This document shows, piece after piece, positions 27,345-41,980 of a DNA stretch of 64,000 nucleotides (position 1 is its first letter; the number at the start of each line of letters is the position of its first letter). The stretch is from Eledone cirrhosa. Lineage: Eukaryota. The notes beneath the pieces are model-generated. The model did not search any database. It saw only the letters and a list, made by a program, of their open reading frames with translations, and was not told the DNA's origin. The stretch lies in contig OZ024741.1 of assembly GCA_964016885.1 (NCBI GenBank), forward strand, positions 314,154,001 through 314,218,000, read 5' to 3'. The position numbers and the translations under genes were made by a program.

Positions 27345-29606
27345 ATGTTAGGGCTGCGCACGGTAGTGGGGTGGCTGGTGATGCCATGTGCGAGAAGCTC
27401 CCGACCGTCATCAAGCAATCGCACAACACGAAATAGAACGAGACGCCGCATCTCAGAGTTGCCACACTTAATGCTGGCGTCTAACAGGTAGATCTGGTGA
27501 GATAGCGTAGATGCTGGAGAGAAGGCATGTGGATATGTGCTGTGTGCAGCAAGACTAATCGAAGGCAAACATCGCTTTTCTGGGTGAGTAATGATGATGG
27601 GTTAGGTGGGGTGGGCATATTACTGGTTGAGAGAGGGATCAATAAGACAATAGAGGTAGTTAGAGTTATTAATAGAATAATTAAGCTTAGATTAGTTGTA
27701 GGCAAGAGACTACTGACAATCATCTCTGCCTATGCTCTCCCGGCAGGCCTAGGTAAAGAAGAGAAAGACTGCTTTTACGAGCAACTGTTACAAACAGCCT
27801 CAATCAGAAAGGACAGAGACATCGTTATGCTAACGGGGGACTTCAATAGTCATCTTAGACAGCTCCTGAATGGATACACTGGGGTACACGGTGGGTACGG
27901 TAACGGCTCAAGAAATGAAGAAGGGGTGAGGCTTCTTCAATTTTGTGATGCAAATGTACTAAACATTTGCAACACTAGCTTCCAGAAGCCTACCAACCAC
28001 CTAATAACCTACAAATCAGGCGAGCACATAAGCCAGATTGACTTCCTACTAGTTAGACAGCGAAAGAGAGAGATGGTGTCAAATACTAAGGCATACCCCG
28101 GGGAAGAATGTACCCCACAGCATAGGTTATCGTTAGTGACATCTCAGTAAGCAAGAGAAAGAATGAGACATACAGGAAGGTGTGAAAAAGAAAGGTCTGG
28201 AAGATAAAAGACCTTTCATTAAAATATAAATTTAGCAAAGCCCTTCAAGATGTGTATGACGAAAAAGTAGACGATTTAGAGTTGAATGACATAAATGATA
28301 ACTGGAATTTCTTGCGTGACAACTTACTGTAGGCTACTGAAGAAACTTCTGTTTGGGGCAGAGCTTCAACCAGACAGATATTGACCTGGTGGTGAAATAG
28401 CACGGTAGATAGAGCAATTAGAGAAAAAAGACTGGTATGAAAGGCTTGGAAAAATGATGGGATTAGAGAAGGATACACAACCGCTAAGAGAGAAGCTAGA
28501 TACAAGTAGGTGTACGTCAGGGTTCTGCCCTCAGCCCGCTCTTGTTCATTATAGTCCTCCAAGCCATAACAGAGGAGTTTAAGACTGGCTTCCCATGGGA
28601 ACTTCTCTATGCTGATGATCTGGTTATTATAACCGAATCAGTAGAGGAGCTAGAGAATAAATTCTGGCTATGGAAACGGCAGTTGGAATCAAGAGGACTG
28701 AGAGGGAACATAGCTAAGACAAAAGTGTTGATAAGTAGAAGAGAGGACAATATCCTGATTCCACCAGGGAAATGGCAATGTTCGATATATAGGAAAGGAA
28801 CTGGCATAAATTCCATAAAATGTACGCAATGCAGATCTTGGTTCCACAAGAGATGTAGTAGGATAGCGGGCAAACTAACGGGTACAGAAAACTACGTATG
28901 CAGTAGATGTACATGGAAAGTTGGCAGTAGTAATCGCAGTGATAGACACATTCTTCCAGTGCCGGTGGGTTCTATACTAGTGGTTGATAGCTTCCATGAT
29001 CCGATTAGCATGGGAGAGGGGTGTTCCGATGCCATAGTATCTAGAATAAGGGCGGGCTGGAAGAAGTTTATGGAGCTGCTTCCTCTGTTGACAAAGAAGG
29101 GTTTCTCCCTGCGTACAAAAGGATGGTTATATGATGCCTATTTGAGATGCGCGATGCTGCATGGTAGTGATACATGGGCAGCAACAGCAGAGGATATGCG
29201 ACGACTGGAGAGAAATGAAGCAAGCATGCTGCGTTGGATGTGCAATGTCAAAGTGCGTAAATGACCAAGCATAGACGAGTTGAGAAAGAAACTGGGTATA
29301 AGAGGGATAAGTTGTGGTGTGCAGGAGAGAAGACTGAGATGGTATGGACATATGATGCGCATGGAGGATCACCGCTAGGTAAAGAAGTGCCAAGAAATCC
29401 CAGTAGAAGGAAGACGCAGTAGAGCTAGACCACGAAAAACATGGGCGGAGGTGGTGAGTGCAGACCTCAGATCGCTGAATCTCACGAAGGAGATGACGAA
29501 GGACCGTGACAAGTGGAGAGATGCTGTGTTGAATAGGACCCGTCCATCCCTTGCAAGAAGGGAAAAGCGGACATAAAATGATGATGATGATGCTGATGAT
29601 GATGAT
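27345..29606 (+). mobile_element. RTE-clade LINE with internal deletion of the RT N-half (~28510) and (ATG)n tail
   Basis: APE ORF 27527-28150 (GVGIL, ISAYA, GDFN, SQIDF); jumps to GVRQGSALSP, LLYADD, C-terminal Cys cluster, LRWYGH. Confidence 0.9.
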
Positions 29607-29615
29607 GATATATAT

Positions 29616-29698
<83 letters not shown>

Positions 29699-29715
29699 CT
29701 TATACATATACATAC

Positions 29716-29792
<77 letters not shown>

Positions 29793-29798
<6 letters not shown>

Positions 29799-32700
29799 GT
29801 ATAGGATTATCCAAGATGTAGTAATGGTTAATTACTACACTGGATATGGTTGACATACGGTAAGAGGTTACTCTACGAGTTATGGAAGAATTGTTCAAGA
29901 AACTTAGTTCCTGATCCTTCAGTATTCCGGAGTGTATATCAAGAATGAATAATAACAGGTAGACATCATAAAAAGGTAATTTATTCCGTGTGCTTACAAG
30001 TGTTTCCACGGTGGTACTGCAGCCTAGTTCCGCTACGTGAATTTGCACGTAGCGGAACTAGGCTGCAGTACCACCGTGGAAACACTTGTAAGCACACGGA
30101 ATAAATTACCTTTTTATGATGTCTACCTGTTATTATTCATTCTTTATATACACTCCGGAATACTGAAGGATCAGGAACTAAGTTTCTTGAACAATTCTTC
30201 CATAACTCGTAGAGTAACCTCTTACCGTACGTCAACCATATCCAGTGTAGTAATTAACCATTACTACATCTTGGATAATCCTATACCTAATAATCGTCTC
30301 CTACACAGTTGAGCAGCCACACCGACACACGGCATTAATATGGAAAGGCATCATATAGGTATGTCACTTAAAAACATACCTATACCTAACAAAAGGGAAT
30401 ATATCCTTAGTATGATTCAACGCAGTAACGACTTCATTCGGCGTGTACGATGGAAAGCTTTCCACTTCGATAAAGGACGCGCCAATCACTCGTCTGAATC
30501 ATATGGTTTTAGATCATGTAAAAACCCACCTACAAACCCTCACCTCGAAGCTTTCGAACAGGATTTATTGAAAACGACCATGAACATTAAGTTCAACAAA
30601 CATAGAAATAATGAGCTGCAGAACAACATGAAAGCACTACTCCGAAGATTGCAAAATACCAATGGAATTGTTGTGAAAGCTGACAAGACTTCTAACGTGT
30701 ATACCATGGATATCGATACGTACAATAACTTCATACGCAACGAACTACACAAAAAATATAGAAAAACAAATGAAACTACGCTAGCAAATATTAACAACGA
30801 GGCATATAAAGTGGTGAAGAATCTCAAGATAGACGATAGAACCGAGCCGATTATACCCGCTACCCCCACCTTCAACCTGAAGGACCATAAGGTAAATTTT
30901 GACTCTAACCCTAAGATCAGACTTATATGCCCTTCTAAATCAGACATAGGGAAAATTAGCAAACATATACTTGACAGAGTAATAACTCAAGTGAAAAAGA
31001 AAATTGAAATTAAATTATGGGGCAACACGAGCGAAGCAATTCGCTGGTTTAATAATGTTAAGAATAAGAATAAATCTAAGTTTATACAATTTAACATAGA
31101 CGAATACTACTCTTCCATCTCACCAAGCACTTTACGTAAGGCCCTATCGTTTGCTAAGGCCAATTCCGACCTAACGGAGGACGAAATTAATATTATTCTG
31201 AGGCTAGAAAAACCATTATTAAGTCCGATAACTGCTACTGGGAACGTAAGGACAGACCCACAAATTTCGATATTACCACGGGTTCCAACGACTCGGCGGA
31301 GGTCACGGATCTCGTGGGAATTTACATAGCCCACATATTACATAGTAAATTTAGTAATCTACAGGGGGGGGGATATACAGAGATGACGGGCTCTTATTAG
31401 TTAATAACTTGAATAACCAAAATCTTGAAAGGCTACGGAAAAATATTAGAAAATCTTTTAGTGAACTGGGTCTAAAAATAACATACGAATACAATCTTAA
31501 AGTAGTAAACTTTCTGGACGTAACTCTTAATTTAAATACCGGACAGATACGACCCTTCCACAAGGTAAATGAGAACCTTACGTATATTAACTTTAACTCT
31601 AACCACCCACTCTCCATGATCAAATCAGTTCCCCGGAGTATTTCTCTTAGAATCTCTCGCCTATCGTCTAACTCTGATATTTTTAGTGAACATGCTGAAT
31701 ACTACAATAATGCATTAAGGAATGCTGACCACCGGGATACAATAGAATACATCGATAGGAATTTCCACAACACACATAGCTCTACACGTAATCAAGGTAT
31801 ACGTAACCGGGGGACTAAAACACAAGCACACACACACAGTACTACCAGACATACTAATAATAGAAGATCACCACCAAATAAATCACGTTGTAGAAAGTAT
31901 ATCTGGTACAATCATATTTTTAATGCCGCGATTAGTACAAAACTATCTCTTTCATTCTTTAAATTAATCAATAAACACTTCCCTAGTTCCCATAAGTACA
32001 GCAAAATTCTGAACTCTAAAACTATTAGACTATCATACTCCACGGCACCAAACCTTGAAGCATACATAAAAAAACTTAACTTAAGGCAATTAAACAACTC
32101 TACAAAACAAAACATTTTATAAAAGATGGGCAAAACGCAATATCTGCCTCCCAACCACTAAATGGGAGACGGGTATTGCACAACCCACCTGTACCGCTAT
32201 CACAACCTATCCATGGTATACCCGCTACCCACAACAAAGAATGTAACTGCCATCTACCTGAAAGATGTCCATTGCAGAATGAATGCCTAAAGTCCAACAT
32301 TGTTTACCAATGCACGGTTGAATCGAACGACCAGAAATGGTATTATATCGGATCTACCACCACATCGTTTAAATCTCGCTGGTACCGTCATCGATTCTCA
32401 ATCAAACATCCGAATCACCGTTTTGTGACCACGCTCGCCAACAAGACCTGGCAACTCCGTGAACACAACCAACAGTTCACCTTAAAATGGGATATACTTT
32501 CCAGCGCAAGTGCATATCGGAGTGGATGGAAGTACTGCAGGTTATGTAACCTTGAGCTATTTTACATATTAAAATCCAAACACAAACTACTTAACGATAG
32601 AATTGAACGATCGTTATACTGCAACCACAAACTAAAAGCTAAATTCTCTCACTATAAAATAACTTAACATTCGAACCCGTAACTATAACACCACTTTCTA

Positions 32701-33321
32701 GCTAACAACCTTCTCTTCCACCCACACTACAAGACAATACACTGCTTATCACTATACATGGTAACTCAGTACAATTCCTAGATTACTACTACAAATCCAA
32801 AAGTTCACTCACCACACATACTTTATCTGTCCCCTCTCTACCTATATCTCTCTCTACATCCATTACACTCTCTCTCTCTCACCTTTGACCTACCTCCCTC
32901 TCAACATCTATGAACCTGCCCTCTGGGGCAATAAATAATTCCGACCTTAACTATCAACGCATCTCTCCAATAGTAACCAGTATAATAAAACCCCTACCAT
33001 AACATTTTGATTAAGATATCTACAAGCCACTCTCTCCTACTTCTCCAACCCCTGCATATCTTTCCTTCTCTCTCCCTCTTCCCTACTTTTCTCTCTTCCT
33101 GTTCCACTCTATCTTCCCCAACAACCCCACTTAAGGGTTTTTACATTGTACATTTACCATTCTGCTCTGGGGAAACAGTGGTCACAGCATTGGATATTCG
33201 AGTTCTGCAAGTACTTGTGAATTTGCACGTAGCGGAACTAGGCTGCAGTACCACCGTGGAAACACTTGTAAGCACACGGAATAAATTACCTTTTTATGAT
33301 GTCTACCTGTTATTATTCATT

Positions 33322-33330
<9 letters not shown>
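29793..33330 (+). mobile_element. Near full-length Hydra-like PLE (frameshifted ORF 30340-32667) with direct pLTRs and an inverted 5' pLTR, set in (TA)n
   Basis: SLKNIPIP, KADKTSN, RLICPSKSDIG, IYRDD, FLDVTL, CNC..CPL..C, IVYQC..YIG, CRLC, CNH; pLTR 30037-30150 equals 33217-33330; inverted arms 29793-30039 and 30046-30292. Confidence 0.9.
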
Positions 33331-33381
<51 letters not shown>

Positions 33382-34284
33382 GGCTGCCACCTCGTTATCG
33401 AGTATGGCCATTGCACGATATTCCATTATTAATAATTATTAATTAATTCTATCGTGCAATGCCTATGCGTAAAGATATTTTTTAAAGTGAGTAAAGACTG
33501 CACTGAGCCAATCCCACTCTCTGAGCTATAACCCGAAAAGAAGAAAAGATCAACATCATCGGTAACTACTGAGCCGCAGGTTTTTTATCGGAGTCATCCC
33601 AGTTTCCTGATTTGCCTTCTCCTAGATGAAGGCCCTGAGAAAGGCTAGCGGTCCTTTACTCCCAGTACATTAACCGCGCGACCGGGTGTCCAGCCCGATA
33701 TTTCTATGTCCCCGCGCATGCACATATACATGCACCCATGTATATACATATATACATTTACATACTTATGTACATGTCTGTGTATACATATTTACACACT
33801 TTTGGATGGCCGTTGACCCTTTTAAGTTCTTCCGCCCTTTGTCAGGTTTTGTTTTTTTGTCCTGTCCTGCAGGGTCTCCAAAATCACCCTCCTCACCAAG
33901 TAAACTTGGTGGGGTTGCCGGTTTAGTCGCCGTCGACCCGACCATGTAACAGTTTGTTCTGGGTTATATTTTACCAGTAGCACTCAAGAGTGACCCGACA
34001 TGAATACATACATACATACATACATTCATGATGATGGCTGCCCTCCTCGTTATAGAGTATGGCCATTGTGCGAAAAAAAAAATATAAAAAAATAAAATAA
34101 AAAATAATTATAATAATAACAATAATAACAATAATAATAATAACGAAAATAATAATAACAACAACAACAATAATATATATATACATACAAACACACAAAT
34201 ACACACAAACACATAAACATATCTACACGCACACACACAGACACACGATAGCAATTAACAGTGCTGCGATCGAATGTGGCATTT

Positions 34285-34590
34285 TAGCCCAGCCAATGAT
34301 CTAAAATGTCTTGCACAGAGTTGGCAAAAAAATATTCCCTGGGAATAGCCGGCTGAGGTTGGAGTTCATATACATTTGCATGTCGTTTGATCCCTCCTGC
34401 CGATTTACATTCTCTACCACATGTTTGGCAAGCATGATGAGTAGCATCTCCAACAGCAGCCTGGTAGTCATCCACTGATCTCACTTTATGACTGCGAAGA
34501 CGACTTTCGAGGCCAGCTTTGCTGAGGCAGAGTCTCACACAGACGCTGCATGTCAGCGCCATAGGAGGACATTCGCCGTTTGGAAATGTA
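34285..34590 (-). mobile_element. RTE-like LINE 3' fragment with C2H2-like fingers
   Basis: [40 protein letters not shown]. Confidence 0.55.
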
Positions 34591-34631
34591 TATATAGATA
34601 TATATACATACACATATACATACATAGAAAT

Positions 34632-34684
<53 letters not shown>

Positions 34685-34959
34685 CATACATACACATATA
34701 TATACATACATATACATACAGAACAGGTTTGTCAAATTAAACTGAGTCGATTTTCTCGTTGCTTTGGTCCTTGCGGCTGGCTTGCCGGTCGCAATCTTCA
34801 ATTTGCCAAGCTGTCTAAACGTAATGTTATTACTCTAAGGTAAAATACCTTATTGAGTGCTTAACTGCACATTCCGATTGCATTCGTTAGCTTAGCTGCA
34901 GCCAGAGCTTCGATTGTGCTGAATATCCATTTGTATATATATATATATATATATATGTA

Positions 34960-35381
34960 TTGGTAAGAGGAAAAGAAAAGGCTGACAAATTTTCCCAGTG
35001 AAAAATAGTTTAATTAGGAATAAGTAAAAGTTAGTAATAAGTATTGGTTAGTATTCAGTTTTGGTTTTAAGTTTTTACCGGTTGCGCATTTCTAATGCTT
35101 TTCAAAATTAATTTTGAGATAGAGCGCCCGTGATGTTTGCTCTAATCTGATCAGTTTTGGAAATTCTACCTGTTTTATGTGAAAAAAGTGGCTCCAGAGG
35201 TATTAAAATAAGTTTCGCGCCAATTCGTGTTGCAAAAGTTCTTGTGGTCAAAACAATTTTGATTGGTTGGTAGAGGTCACGGGAATGTTAAAAATTGATT
35301 TTGTGCCAAATGTAGGTTTGTCGAAGAGTGTCTTTTTTCGCCTGATTGAGAAGTCACTGAAAAATAAGTCTTTTAAGACAA

Positions 35382-35457
<76 letters not shown>

Positions 35458-35626
35458 CAGAGTAATTCGTGGTAGAGGGATCGGTCAGTAGGAATGTGTC
35501 TGTACATGTGTGGGGGATATTTTAACATGTTGAAAGCTATTTTTCAGCTCTTGTCTTATACGGAGAAGTGTGTGTGTGTGTGTATGTCTCTTTGTATGTT
35601 AGTGTACGCGTGTGTATGTGTGTGTG

Positions 35627-35657
<31 letters not shown>

Positions 35658-38600
35658 ATGTGTGTGTGTGTGTGGGTGGACAAGTATTTTTGTGATACTG
35701 GTAAAAATGGTGTACATTATTAGATATTTTCAGCAAAAACGATTCTCTCAAGAGAACATCAAAAACCTTAATAATAAAAGGTGTGAAATGATATATAGTA
35801 TTGTCATAACACCAAGGTGTGTGTGAGTGTGTATCCAGATTTTACGTACTGCAAGGGGAATGCATTAGGCCCTGCCGTAGTGGAATACTTGTGTACAAAT
35901 ATATATGTGCCCATCAGTGTGCAATGCATGTGTGCGTATATGTATGTGTGTGTGTCGGCACGTTTATATCTATAGACATCAAAAGGTATGCAAATTCGTG
36001 TATATTTGTGTTGCGCCATAGAATATGTGTGTTTACGTATGTCATTGTGTTTATATGTGGATAGAGATGCATGTAGGATGTATGCTGATGTAGGTATGTA
36101 TGTTGACGTGTGTATGTTGTGGTTTCGTCTTAGGGAGAAGTGTTTAGACTGTGTCCGTATTTGTTAATAAAGTGAGATTCCTTGCTGATGCGCTGGGTGT
36201 GGGTGGCATTATCTTTAAATTTGTAGAGGGGAAAGATTCTGAAGTTGAGATGATTTGGGGCGGCACAGGTATCTATGGGTTCACTCAGCGGTATTTTCCT
36301 GTATTCCCGTATTTTAATTTGGGATCTATGGACAGTCATGCGTTGGCGGAGGCTATTTTCGGTCTGGCCTATAACTTATTCTCGACAACCTGAGCAAGTT
36401 AATACATATATTAGATTTTCTGATGCGCATGTGAAATTGTGTTTTACTATAAAACGTTGTCCTTTGAAATAGAATTCCGAACCCTCTATTAGGTTGATGC
36501 ATATGCCACAGTTGGGTCTATCGCATTTTTTTACTGAGGGTTTCGTTGTTGTGGTTGGCAGTACTTTGGCATCTGTTAGTATGTTTTTCATTGACTTAGA
36601 TTGTCTTTTGCTCTTTATGATATCGTGTGTTCGAAGGATTTGGTTCATTCTATGGTTCTTTTTTAACACAGGGATGTTCTGGAGGATGGTGTCAAAGGCC
36701 TCATTGTTGAGGGGGTTGTGTGTGGAGATGTATGGAAGAGCTTTTAGTTTCAGTTGATTTACTTTAGGGTGTATAAGATCCTGGGTACTGAGTTTTAGGG
36801 CACGTTGGATTCCATTGTCAATTAGTGATGCATGGTAGTCCCTGCCTATGAGTGTGACCTTCAATTCTTGTAGCCGTAAGTAGCAGGTGTTTTTATTGGC
36901 GACTATAGTACAGATTCTCTTGGCTAAGTTGTAAGGAATATTAATTTTAACGTGTCTAGGGTTGCAAGAGTTGAAAGGAAGATATTGCTTGGAGTCTGTG
37001 GGCTTGTAGTATATGTCTGTTTCTATTTTTTGTTATGAATCTTAATGAGGATGTCGAGGAAGAGGAGGTGTTGATGGCTGTATTCCATCGTAAAGTTAAT
37101 ATTCGTGTTGAGCCCATTTATAAGGGTGTGAAATTGTTTAAGTTTCTCGACGTTTTCGTGCCAAAGGATGAAGCAGTCATCTAGATATCGCTTCCAGTTC
37201 CTTTCTATGTGTAAGTGGAGAATGTTTCCAAATGTGTTTAGTACTTTAGTGTAGAAGGTGATTTCCAGATATCCCATGAATAGGTTGGCATAAGTGGGGG
37301 CTGTTTTCGTTCCCATAGCGGTCCCAGATTTCTGCCTGTAGGATTTGTTATTGAAAACGAAGTAATTGTTCTCCAAGATAAATTTGAGTACCTCTATCAC
37401 GAATTCTATTTTGATGCGTTGTGGGAGTTCATTGTGGTAATTATCCAGCCAGAATTGGATAGCTTCTGGTGCTAGGTTGTGGGGGATGTTGGAGAATAGG
37501 TTGACTACATCGAACGTCACTAGTAGGGTTTGTTCAGAAAGGGGCATATTAGGGAGGTGATTGAGCATATCTAGGTCGTCCCTTATATAGCTTTTGATGT
37601 GTTTGAGCAAAGGCTTGAGAAGGGTATCAATGAAGTTGCTAAGGCGGTGGGTTTCGCAAGCAGGGCCTGCTATTATAGGTCTTAATTTGAGATCATTGGG
37701 TGAGGTGACATTGATGACTATGTCTGTGGCTTCCTTGCATGCCTTACTTATTAATTCGCTTTTATGTACTTTAGGGATACCGTAGAAAAGGCTGGATTTA
37801 CTTGGGAAGTCTGTGATGAAGCTGAATTCCTTGGTAGTGAGTCCTTCTTTGTATTGGTTGATCAGAGGTTTTAGTTTATTCATAATTTTCTGTTGATTGT
37901 AGTGTTCAGCCTTTTCGTAATACGTTTCATTTTCCAAAGTGGAGAGCGCTAAGTTGATATAGAATTCTGTCTCCATTAGGACTACTGTACTCCCTTTATC
38001 AGCCTCTTTAATTGTAATGGTTCTGTCGGTTTTTAATCTATTTAATTCTTCCCATTCTTTCTTGTTGAGGTTTGGCTTGTGTTTTTGTCTGTGCAAGTGT
38101 TGGTAAGGGAAGTTTGTGATGTGTTCACAGAATTCGCCCAGGATTTTATTTCTACCTTTTGATGGGGTTTAGTTGTTTCTATTTCTGGCTAATGATTCAT
38201 CCTCATTGTACTGGTCGAATAGTTCTTCACTGTATCGTAACTTTCTACAGAAGTCTGTGATGTCTTCCTTCATTTCATAGTAGTTAGGACGTAGTGGGAT
38301 CCGTGTGAATTTAAGACATTTGGAGAGTAAGTTGATAAGGTTGGGTGTTAGTTCTGCACTAGTTAGATTGACAATTTTATTACTCTCGGCTTCTCCTCCC
38401 TGTCTTGTGTTATTTTGATTGCCTGTATCTGTGTGCTGTGTCTAAAACATGGTTGGGGTAGAGGCGTTGTCTGCTGATGTTAAGTGGTCTCCTGTGTTTG
38501 TTATATTCCTTGTTGTTGTAAAATGTGGTTCGGGTTCGTGGTTGTAGATTGAATGGGGTGTTCCTGTATTGCGAGTATGGATGTGTGTTTCTATGTGCCA

Positions 38601-38700
38601 TGTTGGATTGTTGTGTTATAGGTGGCCTACGTTGTTGGCTGTATCGTGTGGTGTGGGTTTGTTGTGTATTGTGGAAGCGAGAGTTGAGAAAATGGAAACA
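34960..38700 (-). mobile_element. Neptune-like PLE, RT plus C-terminal GIY-YIG, few frameshifts
   Basis: IKEADKGS, FYGIPKVHK, LRPII, TFDVVNLFSNIP, GTAMGT, RYLDD, FLDI, KCDRPNCGIC, LIYVLTC..IGQT..RMTVHR; left (3') boundary approximate. Confidence 0.88.
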
Positions 38701-38725
38701 TATATATATATATACATACACACAC

Positions 38726-38836
<111 letters not shown>

Positions 38837-39224
38837 CATATATAAACATAATTATACATACATATACACACGTATACATAAATACACTTACACATACATA
38901 ATATATACAATTACATAGATATACATATATATACACACACATACATACATAAACATGCATATAAATATATATATATACATACATATACACACACATACGT
39001 ACATACACATACATATAAATATATATATACATACATGTGCACATATACATATATATATATATATACACACGTATACATAAATACACTTACACATACATAA
39101 TATATACAATTACATAGATATACATATATATACACACACATACATACATAAACATGCATATAAATATATATATATACATACATATACACACACATACGTT
39201 CATACACATACATATAAATATATA

Positions 39225-39886
39225 TGAAATATAAGAATCAAAGAACTGCTCAAAACATTATTGTGCTTACAGCTGTTTCCTCCAAACCGAGGTTTGGATT
39301 CTTCGGAGCAATTTATTAATGCATGGACAGTTATATGACCTCCTTTTCAGCCGAGAGACATACCAATACATATTCAAACATTGATACATATTCAAACATT
39401 GTGGGTCAACATTCATTATAGAATTTAGAGTGGCAGTACACACTTAGAGATTACATTTATATTAATAGGTACAATCAAAAATCAAAGATATAGGTTAAAG
39501 TACAATATGAAGATAAGTGGTTATATAGTGCAAATGTTATATGTGTGGCACGCATGTGCGTCTTGTTTATATAGTGTGGCAGAGAGATATGTGTGGTAGA
39601 GGCACTTAGGTAGGTAAATAAGAGTGTTAGGTTGGTAGATCTGGTGGCAAAATCTTTATATGATTGATATAGTCTGTGTGTGGAGAAATATTATAAGCAT
39701 TAAAGATAGTGCAAGCATTAAAAGTGTTATAAGTATTGGAGATGCACAGCGCAGGGATGTCAAGTATTTCATGTACTTCGGCATTTTCATGGTCAGGGGA
39801 GTGTATATTTCGATTATATGAAAGGCATATAATCGAAATATACACTCCCCTGACCATGAAAATGCCGAAGTACATGAAATACTTGA
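39225..39886 (-). mobile_element. pLTR-like segment with HHR and a perfect 61-bp terminal hairpin (39760-39820 and 39826-39886)
   Basis: Perfect inverted repeat with AAAGG loop; HHR at 39264-39310. Confidence 0.65.
39264..39310 (-). ncRNA. Minimal type I hammerhead (U4C core variant)
   Basis: Minus strand TGCT-CCGAAGA-A-TCCAAACC-TC-GGTTTGGA-G-GAAA-CAGCTG-TA-AGCA. Confidence 0.65.
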
Positions 39887-40011
39887 TATGTACGGTAAAT
39901 CTTGTATCTTACTGTATGCTTCAGGTTAAATATATAAAACATTTCTGGTATAATTTACCCTCGTAATTTTAGACGCAGAATTTACTGTGTTTATTTCTAC
40001 ATATATTAATA

Positions 40012-40155
40012 TTATAATTGTTTCTACGTTCGGCACAAGGCCAGCAATTACCCAGTGCATTACTGGTACGTTATTTTATCGACCCCGTAATGATGAAAGG
40101 CAAAGTTTAACCTTGGCGGGATTTGAACTCAGAATGGCAAGGGCCCTAACTCTAT
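40012..40155 (-). mobile_element. SINE-like repeat, same family as 7576-7790
   Basis: ATAATTGTTTCTAC..GGCACAAGGCCAG..GATGAAAGGCAAAGT..GGCGGGATTTGAACTCAG. Confidence 0.65.
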
Positions 40156-40254
40156 ACGTCAAATCATTATTAATATTATAATGCTCAGTATTTATACTTT
40201 AAGCTTGTTAATTGCAGGGTATCAATATGAGTTAATAACTCTATATTTTATTTG

Positions 40255-40291
<37 letters not shown>

Positions 40292-40357
40292 TGACGAAGG
40301 ACTATTTTTATCATATGTAACCCATGTGCAAACCACGCAGTATTCTTCTTTCTTCTC

Positions 40358-40399
<42 letters not shown>

Positions 40400-40995
40400 G
40401 AAAGTAAAATAAAAAAAGGGTAATACCCAGAAACACTAATCTCTGCAGTTCTGTTCACATGCCAATACAAGAGTAAGAATGGGGGGCTCATTCTACTGAC
40501 ATGGCTTTAAAAAAGAGGCTTGTTTGCAAAATTGCAAACGAATCGAATATTATTATTAATATTCGAAAAACTCAGATTACATTTATTGTATTCAGACATG
40601 GAGAGCGAATATTTTTTTTTATTTGAATATTGCAAAGCCAGCCATAAATCGCTCGTATTATTGTCGTTAAGTATAAGAATATGACTAATAATTATAGTAG
40701 AACAATTTCAAGGAAAGATTTCTGATATTTGTGCATGCAAGGTTTCTAATTATATTCATTACTTTTTTCCATGTCATAAGGCAATGTAAAATTGCTGTTC
40801 TGATTTTACATGAACTTAACATCTCTTTATGTAATATACTGTATCAATATATTATATAATAGTTGTATTCAGACTGATTCGATTATCACCACTTTAATCT
40901 TATAATTATTGATATGGTATAAAATTGATACCACATTTATAACTGTATGTAATTAATGATATTTTCAACATTATCATGTATACTGATATTTTCAG

Positions 40996-41133
40996 AATGC
41001 CCAGTAGGAAACTATGATTTTTTTTGTCAATGGACATGCCATTGTATCAACAACATTAACTGTGACAAGCGATATGGATTATGTTCAGATGGATGCGCTG
41101 GATGAGGTTATATTGGTGACAGCTGCCAACAAG
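40996..41133 (+). pseudogene. Second phase-1/1 EGF-like exon with in-frame TGA (41103-41105)
   Basis: ttttcag|AA TGC..CAA G|gtattt; 138 nt; (E)CPVGNYDFFCQWTCHCINNINCDKRYGLCSDGCAG*GYIGDSCQQ; flanking introns homologous to those of the 18782 exon. Confidence 0.8.
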
Positions 41134-41158
41134 GTATTTTTTAAAGATGGTATGTATT

Positions 41159-41286
<128 letters not shown>

Positions 41287-41980
41287 AGAAAATGCGAAGT
41301 AGTTTCAGATGTTAAAGTCATTTAATGATAATGCTGTGATACATATTTCAATGACGACAGTGGCCACACGCTTCCGTGTACCCGGACCCGTGACATCATC
41401 AGAGAGCTTCTTACATAATAAGGTTATGTTCCTGAGGCAATCCAAATTGAATCGACAAGGGAACGGACAAAGCGGGTGTTCTTGAATCCTTCCCCCGATC
41501 CCTTGTGAGTCCCAATTCACCCCCGCCAGTTTTCCGCAGGCGCAAGTGCGAAGGAAGTTGACCATCGACTATTCCAAATCTCTACGAAACTCGCCTAGGA
41601 AGGTCCCCTCACACCCCAACCATGTCTGTAATATGACACAGTTATAGTTTACTGCTAGTCACCCTGCCAGTGGCAGCTGACCGAAACCTAGTGGTGGTGT
41701 CAGAGTATGAGTTTCAATAGGCCTCGATACTACTCCTAAATTATGCTTGGACAATAGAATATAAACTTAATTCTAGATATTATGGTTTCACACTGAAAAT
41801 TATGTTCGAAAATTAGAAATTAAAAAATTACAAGCTAAAATCTTGATTGAAGTAAATGAAAAAAAAAAAAAAATAAATAAATGTATAATATATCTGTCAT
41901 ATTGATCCCCGTTCAAAAACTTCTTACTATAATTTATACATCTGCCTATTTATTAGTTATTACATAATATATATATATAT

